Below are positions 50,271 to 60,962 of a stretch of 64,000 nt of DNA, piece by piece. The notes under the pieces are model-generated. The model was not told the origin of the DNA. It made no database searches and worked only from the letters and a program-made list of their open reading frames with translations. The stretch comes from Octopus bimaculoides (taxonomy: Eukaryota), in assembly GCF_001194135.2 (NCBI RefSeq), contig NC_068985.1, positions 40,564,646 to 40,628,645 on the forward strand. Reading direction: 5' to 3'. The translations under genes were made by a program, and so were the position numbers. Positions within the stretch are counted from its first letter, which is position 1. Each line of letters begins with the position of its first letter.

Positions 50271-53200
50271 CTGTTATGAAAGTAGTTGAGATAGAAAGGG
50301 TTAAATACTCAGTAAGAAAAAGAGCCAAGAATGTTTGAGGAAGAACAAGACAATTAGTAAACTAGTTGACAATTCTAAAATTGATTTTCATTTAAGTAGA
50401 TTTAGTACAAAGAGCATAGAGGTAAATATGGGAAGTGGTGAATATATATATTATTGACATATTTGGAGAAATAAATTTTATATATATATATATACATATA
50501 TACTAGCAGAGGCACCCGGCGTTGCTTGGGAATGAAATTGTTGCTTATATACTTGAAGAAAAAAAGGCAAAATATGCTGTATAGAAATTTGAGAGGACAT
50601 TCTGTAGATGGACTCTCAGATGAATGATGGCTGGGCGCCTGTCATGAATGGGGAAAATTGAAGATGTGCCAAAAAGCCTCATTGGTACTTGGAAACTTTT
50701 ACGAAAATGAAAATGGGGATTAAATGAAAAAAATGATTTACGTGAATATCCTCACAANNNNNNNNNNNNNNNNNNNNNNNNNNNNNNNNNNNNNNNNNNN
50801 NNNNNNNNNNNNNNNNNNNNNNNNGATGTATGCATATGACAACACAGCCCTTGACTCACTCACACTGTCTTACAAACACGCACGCGTGCGCATACACACG
50901 TCTTTGTAAATATGTTTGTATACATTTATGTATGTGTGTGTTTGTAAGAGACAGAGTGTGAGTGAGAGAAGTTTGTTGTCATGTATACGTACATGCATAA
51001 ATATACATACATCTTTGGATGTATGCATATGACAACACAGCCCTTGACTCACTCACACTGTCTTACAAACACGCACGCGTGCGCATACACACGTCTTTGT
51101 AAATATGTTTGTATACATTTATGTATGTGTGTGTTTGTAAGAGACAGAGTGTGAGTGAGTGAAGGGGTGCGTGTGTATGTGTGTGAGAGAGTGAGAGAGC
51201 GGTGTGTATGTAGTATTTACTCTCTCTCTCTCTCTCATACAGACTCACACACAAAATAGAGATGGAAGCTTTTTGCCGTTGTTAAGTCAATACCGGAAGT
51301 TAACATTGAGGAACCTTTTTAAAGAAGTGAATCTTAAATATAAAGCAATATTATTTATTTTTAATTAAAAAAATCAAATGAAGGGCCTAAGATTTATCCG
51401 AGGTCAAATTATTCACGCATCACAAGTATGGAAGCACTTGGTGAAGTCGATTTCACGTGAAAAGCGATTACACACACATCTGTTTTATATATAGTATAGA
51501 TATATATACATCAGGCAATAAAGTCATTCAAATTTCACTTAGTCTTGATTTTAATGTGGATGGAGATAAACACACACACTAATTAAAGTGAGCTTTTACC
51601 ATGTCACCCAAACTGGCTCAATGTCAAACCCAAACATTCCCTGCTAATCACCCTAGTATTTATTTGTAAGACTCAAGTTTAGGAAATCAAATCAATCTTC
51701 AAAAGACGGTTTCCATAACAAGGACATTACATTTCAGTCAAAAAATAAACTGGCACAATATTTACAAAATTTATAATGAAGCATCCATCTACTCTCGTAC
51801 AATTTAACTTAAAGCTGCTTTCTTTAATATCACAAAACATTACATAAAATTCAGCATTTCAGGAAGACAATTCAAATCGCAATACAACATTTTCAAAAAC
51901 AAACAGCAAGTGACATTTTTATAATTTAATCTTTAGAAAAATGCCCAACAAAATTTTATGATAATCTGAAACAATGAAAAATGTAGTTTCTATATTTTAC
52001 AATTTTGCTAGATGCCCTGCTTAATACAATATCTTTAATCAACTAAATTATCAAAAGTATATTGCTTTGAAAATCATTACCTGAGCATTAAGTGAACCCA
52101 ACAAAAGCAACAACCCAAAATTTACAGAGACACTCCCTCTTCACTCAATTCATTATCTGAGAAAATATATTTCAGTACAATCATTGAAATAGAAATCCAC
52201 TTGGAATCAATAATTACCATAGTTCATGCTGTCATTTCCATAGCCTCTGTTACCAGACTGATAGCCATAGCTATTGCTCTGATCAAGTCCATGACCCCAT
52301 GACTGGTTACCATACTGACCACCCATTTGGTTTGGATTCAGTAATTGTTGACTGGAATAAAATTGTAATCAGAAAATTACCACTGAATAACGTTAACATA
52401 TACAAATATACATTATTATAAATAATTAGGAGTGAAATTAAGACTTGTTTATAAACTAATTAGCCTACAAATTTCAATTTTGATAAAGATAACTATTTTG
52501 TACATTCTGATGCTGCAAAGTTAAATTTTGTTTCATTACAAAATGCTTTCCCATAAGGAAATACTTCCTGTATTTTAATTAAGCACTAATTTACAGAACT
52601 ATCTGTTCAAAAAGAAGAAGACCTTTTGTAATACTCACCCTAAAAGGCTAGTCAGACCCTTCAATAATTCACTGGTCTGAGAAAGTGCTGCAGTTACATT
52701 TTGGCTTCCTTGGGTCCTAATAGTAAAAGAAATAAATTTATACATATACTTAGAAAAACTTTCATTTTTTATTTTTTTGGCAACAGAATCAATATAACAG
52801 TTCAAACTTCACAAAATTATCCAAATTATAACCATACTAACCAGTTGTTGTTACCACCATCGATCAAATGTCTTCGGTTACCTCGATCCATACGTCCACC
52901 TTGTATAAATTGTCCAGGCTAAAATCATCACAAAGAAAAGTCATAAAATGAACCAAATAATCTTATATCTCAACTAAATGCATTCAACAATTTGGAATTA
53001 TAATTATAAAAATAATTGTCAAAGCCAAAGAACATTGCAGGCTTATGTTTGAAGTATTTTAGGAATTTTTCTTAACTTCATAGGTTTTGTTACGCTTTCT
53101 CAGCCTAACTTCATATGAATAATTTCTAATCTATTTAGACTCATTTCAAAGAATGGAAGTTATACGAAGAATAGAAATGTCAAATTATCTGGACAACGGG

Positions 53201-56200
53201 TGAATTTCCATACAACCCAAATCATTAGGTATACAAATAACATGTCCAAATACATAAAAGACATGGATCTATAATAAGGGTGGAAAATGGTAAATTCAGA
53301 AAGAAAAATAAAGAAACTTACTCCTCTTCTACCTGGTCGGCGCTCAGGAGACCATCTCTGTTGCCTTTGTTGCACCTGCTGCAGTCTCTTGCCTGAAAAA
53401 GTAAATTTTTAAAATTAGAACATTTATTTTTATGTATGCACTAGTTACATCAATAAATTAAGTCTCTGAATCCCAAACGTGAAATTTAGCAACGTTTTAA
53501 TAGATTTTTAATATTGAATGATTACTACAGGAAAAACAACAAGAACAATTACACTGGTGAGAAAGAGACTGCATTCAATTCTTGCATAGAACAAAGTTTT
53601 GAAAATGAGAAACAACCTCACCATCTAAATGGTCTTACATTGGATTTAAAACAAATCAGCATTACAACTGCCATTGTCATGAGAAACTAATTACAATTAT
53701 TTACACAAAATCTATAAGGTTGTCATTTAATGTCCATTATCCTTGCTGGCATGGGTTGGACAGTTTGACCAGAGCTGGTAAGCTGGGGAACTAAGTGCTT
53801 TTCAAAGATGATTGAGAAAGCTCTATTTGGACTGAGCATGATTTTAACCTGAAAATCCTAGGACAGTCTTAGGCATAAAATTGGTTTCAAATTTTGGTAC
53901 AAAGCTTGCAATTTCAGGGGATAGGGTAAGCCAATGATATCAAACCCCAGTATCCAATTGGTACTTATTGAAAAAATTAGATCACTAAAATGCTTTGTTT
54001 TATATTTGTTTTGGGTTCAGCTAATGTGGACATTTGCATATTGGAATAAATGCTACTACTGTATATATTGTGCCTAAGTAAACAGTTTTCTGTATCCTAT
54101 CAAGAGGAACACCACAATGACTGTAGCAGTAATTGCATAGTTATTAAAATTAAGGTAATGTTAAAATATTAGGACAGCTAGCTGGCAGAATCGTTAGCAC
54201 GCTGAGCGAAATGCTCAGCGGTATTTTGTCAGCCGTTATGTTCGGAGTTCAAATTCCACCAAGGTCGAATTTGCCTTTAATCCTTTCGGGGTTGATTAAA
54301 TAAGTACCAGTTATACACTGGGGTTGATGTAATCGACTTAATCCCTTTGTCTGTCCTCGTTTGTCTCCTATGTTTAGCCCCCAGTGGGCAATAAAGAAAT
54401 ATTAAAATATATTAAATATAGGTGCAGGAGTGGCTGTGTGGTAAGTAGCTTGCTTACCAACCACATGGTTCTGGGTTCATTCCCACTGCGTGGCACCTTG
54501 GGCAAGTGTCATCTACTATAGCCTCGGGCCGACCAAAGCCTTGTGAGTGGATTCGGTAGACGGAAACTGAAAGAAGCCCGTCGTATATATGTATATATAT
54601 GTATGTGTGTATATGTTTGTATGTCTGTGTCTGTCCCCCCCAACATCGCTTGACAACCGATGCTGGTGTGTTTATGTCCCCGTAACTTAGCGGTTCAGCA
54701 AAAGAGACCGATAGAATAAGTACTAGGCATCCAAAGAATAAGTCCTGGGGTCGATTTGCTCGACTAAAGGCGGTGCTCCAGCATGGCCACAGTCAAATGA
54801 CTGAAACAAGTAAAAGAGTAAGTATTGTTACAACATACCTTTTTTAGACTGATTCTTACGCCGGTGTGAAAAATTGGCATAACGACCTTTCTGTTGATTG
54901 TTCTGGTATTTAGATTTCTTATCACCTGTTAAGAGAAAAATTTTTTTCAATTTCCAAGTCTTAAATCCACATTATTGAAGTCTCAACATTTTCAGCACCA
55001 GTTTGCTTTCAAATCTATGAACAATCCCCACCAAAAACATGAGTCACCATGAACAATGTCTTGCCAATACAATGCATTCTTGTGTTAGTTTATAGCTCAG
55101 CCAAAATAATCTTTCTATAAGGATTGATTCCTATCTTTGGCAACTTGCTTAGTTATGCCTAATCCCTCCACAAGATCATCTCTGATCCTGCCAGTGTTAA
55201 AATCCACACGCCACCACATTTCAAAATTAAGAACTTAATTATGGCTTCCATACACCCCCAATTCTACAGGGGATTTGCTGTTTACTTCCCAGAGCCCCCC
55301 GCTCTTGAAAACATCAGCAAAAGCACTTAATATATATGCTACTACTTCTAACACCTCTTTAGAGATATCACTTGTATATTAATCATGAATGACCTGTATA
55401 AATTTTGGATTTTAATACTACAAATGACTGAGCCAAAAAATTTAGAGTTCATTGTCATCAATGTAGATACTGCCTAAAACATATCTTCTTGCAATAATTA
55501 AATGCTTACCTTCTTTCGATGCATGAGAAATTAGATCAAAAGTTAATGTATTGTCTTTAATTTGCAGATCCTTATTCTCAGCAATGATATTTTCAGCATC
55601 TTGTCGACTGCGACACTCCACCATGGCATAACTAAATAGATAAAAAACAGGGGTGGGAAAAGAAAATTCCAAATTAATAAACAAAAAAAGAAAAGGAACT
55701 TTGGAGAAGTTTGGTTAATATAAGCAATAGAACAAAATTAGACGACTATTCTTTAGTTGTTAATGGAGAAAATTGTAAAGAAAGTTCAGACACTGGTCTA
55801 GCAACGTGAACAGTAACAGTATAATTAAAGCAGCTGTAAATAAATGGCAGAACATTTCATGGTTGAATGGCTTGCAACTGTAAAATGATTTGAACAGAAT
55901 TCATACCGATACTCAGATTTACATAGAAATGACAATTGTTTTTCTAGAGGATGAAGGGGCATAAGTAGAATGTCTTACCCAATGTATAACAGGGATTTAA
56001 AGTTTAAATACACTAATACCCAGGCTGATGAATTTGCATTAAAAACAACCTGCCACAATCAATTCCACTTAAAACAGCAATAATTGTATCTATGGCACTA
56101 GATTCATTAAACTGAATGAAGTAGTTAAAAGATAAAAATAAAAGCCTATATTGTAAGATTGACTCTAACAAGATTAGACTTTCCTTCTTTAAATTTGTTT

Positions 56201-59200
56201 CTCCACTTTTTACATTTGTATGTTAATTCTTTTACCATATATTTGTTAGAAAACACTGCGTTTGTTTCAATTTAGTGTAACAACTCATTAAGCTGACTGG
56301 TACAAAAGGGTTAAATGGGAATATGTAATACTGCTTGGTCTACTATTTAATTAAAACATTAACCGCTAACATTTTAAACAAAATCTAAATCCACTGAAAA
56401 AGGTGCTTTTTCAAAAAGAGCAATAGTCTTTTTCTGGCAAGTCAAATGACTACATAGAAGCCCACATGTTCGGAGTGAACCAAAAGGGGACCTCTATGTT
56501 GTTTTTTTAGCTTGCTTGAAATAACACAATATCAAACTAAAATTCAGAAGACCTATTTTTTCTTTAAATATAGAGAGTTAAAAATTCTTTGATTCAGTTA
56601 ATCTATATTTCTCACCCAAGAAAAACTATGCTGTATTTTTTTAAAAAGCTAAACTAAATGAATTTTTAAAAATATATTTACCTATTTTTATTGAAAATAT
56701 AGGTGTATAGAAGACTATGCTTTGAGAAATTTCTAAGGCAGTACAAAGCAAAACCATTAGGATGTTAAAATGGATTTCTGTGCATATCTACGTGTATGAC
56801 ATTAATAGGTGAAGTGTTTTACTTTACCCATAACTACTAAGCGGGAAACTTGCTTAAATGTTACATGCCCTAAGAACTGAACAGGAAAATACAAGGTAGC
56901 AGTGGGAAGCAACAAAGCTAAATACATTAAAGAAAGGATTGAAATAAAACTATGAAGTCCCTATTTCATCTATTGATTACACAATTTCCAAGTTTGTGTA
57001 GTTTAGAAAATCATTTTCTTTCAAGATTTGTATTTAATGGCATATATAAATTTAATATAATTAGCCCATCAACATTTAAATTAGTTAAAAAATTTACTCA
57101 GCTTCCAAAAAAAATTTTAATTACGATTGTCATACTTTTGTAAGTTTTTTTTTTTCTTCGTCCCTTAGGAAATGTTTAAAAACATTTTGAACATCAATTC
57201 AACAAGGCCCACATAACACTCCCCACAGATTAGCTGATATCTAAATAGATTCCTATCAAATACAATTTTAGTAGAATTATTATGTGAACATTTTAAGAAA
57301 CTATGGGGGCAAAAAATTTTAACCAAAAAAACAAAAAACCCTAATATGAATCTAGTTTTCAATATACAAATTTGTTTTTTATCCAAATCAATGAAACATT
57401 AAAAATATGCACTAAAATACAAAAAATACACAGGAAAAAATAAAGGGTTCAACTTGAAGCAAAATTTGAGATGTGTTTTTGAGTATGCAGGTATGTGTTT
57501 TTGATTTTCCCTCCAGAAATTTTTATAGTGCCATTCAGAAAAATGGTGCAAGGATCAATAAAAGATCCTGACAAATATAAATCCTTAAAAGATGTGCAAT
57601 AAGAAAACAACTTTAGTTAAGTGACAAAAGTCACAAAAATATCACAGCAGAATAATTGGCATCAGTAAATGGAAAACTGTACCAATGAAGAAAAGTAAAT
57701 GCACAAGGTTGACAAATTACCCCTGATTCTGATCTTCCTCATTAAGTGGGATCACCACATTCCGGGCTGACGGGAATAATGCCTGAAGCTCCTCGACTGT
57801 GACTCCTTGTGGAATGTTGTTGACATAAAGGGAATAATCTTCCTTGTTCCCTGAAATTGTCAGGTGCTTACGATTGGGAGACAGTCTTAACAGATCAATG
57901 AGGATGCATTAACAAAAACAGGCAAGATTTGTAACAAGTTTAATCATAGAAGTCACAAAAAATAGCTTCTTCAAATGACATCAAGTGTTATTAGTGGTAT
58001 CAATAGCTACAAAACTGGAATCATTTAGCCAGCAGGAAAAATGGTTTCCCATGCTGTCAAACAGATTACTCCTTATTCTTCTGTACTAAGACCAAATATT
58101 TAATAGTACTTAATATGCATTTACTAAAATGAAATGCAAAATATAAATGCTTGAATAAAAAAATTTCTAAATACCTAAATATGCATAAAAGCTTTCAATT
58201 TTATATTTTACACAAGCTAAGAAAATAGAAATGATTTAGTTTAAAACCAGTTCTATATTTAAGTTTAAAATATTTTAATAAAATTGTCTAAATCCTTAAT
58301 TGTAATGAACAAACTTTAAAAGTTTACTTTATTTAAACTATAGTTTTTTTTATTTTTTTTTTTTATTTCCAGTTTTTGTTTAGGTTAAAAGATACCATCA
58401 ATGTTTTAAAACATCAAAAAAATGATCACACAAAAAAATGCAAATAATATTTATAAGGAAAAATGTAAAAATTACAAAAAAAAAAAATTTCAAATTAATC
58501 TGGGGATGCAATGAAGAATTGATTTTAAAACAAAGTTTGAATCTTGACATTTTAAAAAATAAAATCAACTTCATAATTAGCCAAATCATTTGGCTTCATT
58601 TAAACAGGTTGACTAGTTATTTTAAATAGCTGTACGATAAAATGATTAAAAAAAAATGCCAGCATCAAAACTAAGAGTAAAACCAGAAACTATGTTTGTT
58701 AGGTACAGTGAGAAAAATCAAATTCCCCTCTTATGTTCTCGTTATTTTAGTAACAAAAAAGCTAAATAAAATCTGAATTCAAAAACAATCAATACTACTA
58801 AATTTCACACAACTGATTTACACTAACAACAACCCTCTCTCCCAAAGTATCCATTCTTCTTTAAGGAACACCATTCCAGAAATAGGCAATTACTTCTAAG
58901 ATTAATTTTCCTATTTCTAGTCCATAACTTTGTAATTCCATTTCATTTCTGTATACCAGGTTTAGTTTCTAGTAATTATACTCATTTTTGCAACCTACTA
59001 GCTACACTAATTCTAGAATGACACTAGATTTGACTTAACTAAAACCACAGAAATGAGCAAAACCCCTACAAATAGAGTTCACATTCAAGTATCATACAGT
59101 TAAACTAAATACAGACCTCTGAATGCTACAAAAGCAAATATACTCAGATTTTATAAACTATCAAACACCTACCTCTTCTTTCGCCATCTTTTCCAGCTTT

Positions 59201-60902
59201 ACCTAAGAAAAGATATACACACATACATTTCAGAAATACAAAAATCCTAGCAACAGTCTAAACCTCTGCATTTCTAGTTGTTTGATTACAAGTAGCAATA
59301 CATTATCAACCCAGTATTGATGTAATGTAACTACAAAAGTAAAACAACGGTCTGACATTTCTCACAAGAACAAAGTTTAAAAGTCATCTTTCATTTCAAA
59401 CGAAAGAAAAATTACCTTCTTCAGCTGGATCCCGTACAAATGGTTTACCATTTATCTCTTTGGGCAGTTTATTAAACACAGCTTCCGCTTCAGCTTCAGA
59501 AGCGAATTTCATTCGCATAAATCTACAAAGATAACGATCTGTTATTTAAGCATCATCCATAAATATTGTGGGCAAAAATCAATTATTTCAACCAAATACT
59601 TGACTAATGCCCAATTGTATCAACTCTGTAAAATTGATGGTATAATTTGAATTCAGAAATGCAGGTCTAATTATCTAGTTTAAACAACTAATTAACCCAG
59701 TCATTCCTGTAAAATGGTTGAGTAGGAAGAATAAACAGTATAAGAACCACACACAAAAGTATGCCTGTTCAAGCCATGCCAACATAAGAAAACACAAAAT
59801 TAAAATGACAAAATTGTCTTCAAAATAATTTTCTTGAATAAACAGCTATACTTCAAATCATCTTTAGTATCACCTACACTTTATACACACATTTAACAGC
59901 TAATATTTTATATCTACCAATAACAGTACCACCAATTTACACATTATACATAGTGCTAACTTCAAGTAGGACCTGCAACAGAGCACATCCTCCTGTAGTG
60001 TTGACACATCAGAATTGCTAGACAAATTTCCCATGGATTCAACAACCTTTTTTACCACACATCCAGCACTCTTATCAATGGAAGTCTCCTAAATAAACAT
60101 GATGACCAGCCAATCATTCTCTTAGATAAATGAGCTCAAAGCTCCAATTACTGATCCCTGCCTCTTCAAGAACAGGTTTTTGTTTCTTCAACAATTGCAA
60201 TGTTGACATTGCTCTCAAGCCTTTTTCAGCTTTCACAATTTTTTTCTTGGTGTTCCAGTCTCCAAACACTGCTTAAAATTTAGTAACTATTCTCATGGAA
60301 CATACCTATAATCTTTCTGGACACCAGCTGCTTAGTGTCTCAGGCCATCTAGCTCTTAAAATCCTGATCACTTGTCTTGAGTGGTATATTCTTTAGCAAT
60401 GAAAAAAAGTATTCACAGCCAGTTATCTATACTACTGCTTGGTGAGTACCATATTCACCTGGCTTGCAGGTTTTTTTTTTTATGAGCAGTTGGCTCTAGT
60501 TAACTGGAGTTAGTTTTGCAAATATGGCTCTAACAAGGTCATTATGGAGCTAATACTTCCACTCAGGTTTTAATTAATACTCATCACATTACCAATACCA
60601 TATACACATACCCTTTCCGATTTCCAGATTCTTCTTTTATGTAACGGATAGTCAAACATGTCGTATCATCCCAAAATTGTGATAGCTCAGACACTGCAAT
60701 TTTTATATCTTCTAACTGCAACCGGGATATGGTGAACATATTAGGATATGGTCTTCCTAAAAATGGAATGAAAAGTTCACATTAAAAGTTGATTACATCC
60801 ATTAAACATAAATAGTATTAAAAAAGCAAAAACATTACTCACTCAAATTCAAAGTGTTTTCATCCTCCTCTTCAGTTTTAGCTTTATCGCCATCTGCTTT
60901 AT
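50233..60902 (-). CDS. Two-RRM RNA-binding protein with a basic region and a G/Y/N/Q-rich low-complexity tail (nucleolin/hnRNP-like RRMs), spliced span, 5'-partial, about 359 aa
   Basis: Twelve GT-AG exons chain in frame. RNP2 LYVNNI and RNP1 QGYAMVEC (RRM2), RNP1-like RKGFMRMKF (RRM1), RGG/GYG-type tail. Orthology not recognised. Confidence 0.88.
50503..51500 (-). mobile_element. Non-autonomous Helitron (about 1 kb) with internal tandem repeat
   Basis: Minus strand starts A|TC, ends CCCAAGCAACGCCGGG (subterminal hairpin) ...CTAG|T, inserted in a (TA)n tract. Confidence 0.75.
50825..51158. repeat. 193-bp tandem duplication inside the Helitron
   Basis: The unit starting GATGTATGCATATGACAACACAGCC occurs at 50825 and 51018; it abuts an assembly gap. 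Confidence 0.85.
52122..52156 (-). CDS. Alternative C-terminus A, DNELSEEGVSL* (coding part of a 76-nt exon, 52081-52156)
   Basis: ttctcag acceptor 61 nt downstream of the previous donor; in-frame TAA at 52122-24; CAG|GTAATG donor 41 nt after the stop. Confidence 0.55.
52218..52351 (-). CDS. RRM gene exon (134 nt), QQLLNPNQMGGQYGNQSWGHG...GYGNDSMNY
   Basis: ttccag acceptor, gtaatt donor, G/Y/N/Q-rich composition. Confidence 0.88.
52639..52716 (-). CDS. RRM gene exon (78 nt, phase 2-2), WTQGSQNVTAALSQTSELLKGLTSLLG
   Basis: attag acceptor, GTGAGT donor, in frame. Confidence 0.82.
52842..52918 (-). CDS. RRM gene exon (77 nt), PGQFIQGGRMDRGNRRHLIDGGNNN
   Basis: ttttag acceptor, GTTAGT donor. 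Confidence 0.85.
53322..53392 (-). CDS. RRM gene exon (71 nt), GKRLQQVQQRQQRWSPERRPGRRG
   Basis: tttcag acceptor, GTAAGT donor. Confidence 0.88.
54175..54400 (+). mobile_element. tRNA-derived SINE, family B (GCCTTTCATCCTTTCGGGGTCGATAAAT core)
   Basis: GGCAGAATCGTTAGCAC head, GTTCAAATTCC B-box. Many copies elsewhere, e.g. 12450-12650, 22420-22600, 37290-37480, 38430-38600, 39455-40660. Confidence 0.82.
54420..54818 (+). mobile_element. tRNA-derived SINE, family A, full-length young copy
   Basis: CpG-intact copy of the same family, antisense within an intron of the RRM gene. Confidence 0.88.
54839..54925 (-). CDS. RRM gene exon (87 nt), GDKKSKYQNNQQKGRYANFSHRRKNQSKK
   Basis: aacag acceptor, GTATGT donor. 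Confidence 0.87.
55510..55631 (-). CDS. RRM gene exon (122 nt), YAMVECRSRQDAENII...SHASKE (RRM2, RNP1)
   Basis: tttag acceptor, GTAAGC donor; overlaps track ORF 55442-55684. Confidence 0.92.
57721..57850 (-). CDS. RRM gene exon (130 nt), GNKEDYSLYVNNIPQGVTVEELQALFP...QNQG (RRM2, RNP2)
   Basis: ttcag acceptor, gtaatt donor, canonical RNP2. Confidence 0.92.
59173..59202 (-). CDS. RRM gene microexon (30 nt, phase 1-1), GKAGKDGERR
   Basis: ttttcttag acceptor, GTAGGT donor, purine-rich, in frame. Confidence 0.75.
59416..59522 (-). CDS. RRM gene exon (107 nt), FMRMKFASEAEAEAVFNKLPKEINGKPFVRDPAEE (RRM1, C-terminal half)
   Basis: tgtag acceptor, gtaatt donor; F-x-S-x-x-E-A-E-x-x pattern and INGKP turn typical of RRMs. 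Confidence 0.88.
60612..60756 (-). CDS. RRM gene exon (145 nt), RRPYPNMFTISRL...ESGNRKG (RRM1, N-terminal half)
   Basis: ttttag acceptor, GTATGT donor, open frame. Confidence 0.85.
60843..60902 (-). CDS. RRM gene exon (60 nt), DKADGDKAKTEEEDENTLNL
   Basis: ttccag acceptor, GTGAGT donor, in frame with the next exon. Confidence 0.8.
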
Positions 60903-60929
60903 CTGGAAGAGTAATTTTTCAAATATAAA

Positions 60930-60962
<33 letters not shown>

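Noticed and set aside
54420-54500. tRNA-like A/B boxes
   Set aside because: These are SINE heads; no cloverleaf, so not tRNA genes.
60500-60590. GTGATGA box-C-like motif in an intron of the RRM gene (possible snoRNA)
   Set aside because: No CTGA box D at a suitable distance and no terminal stem.
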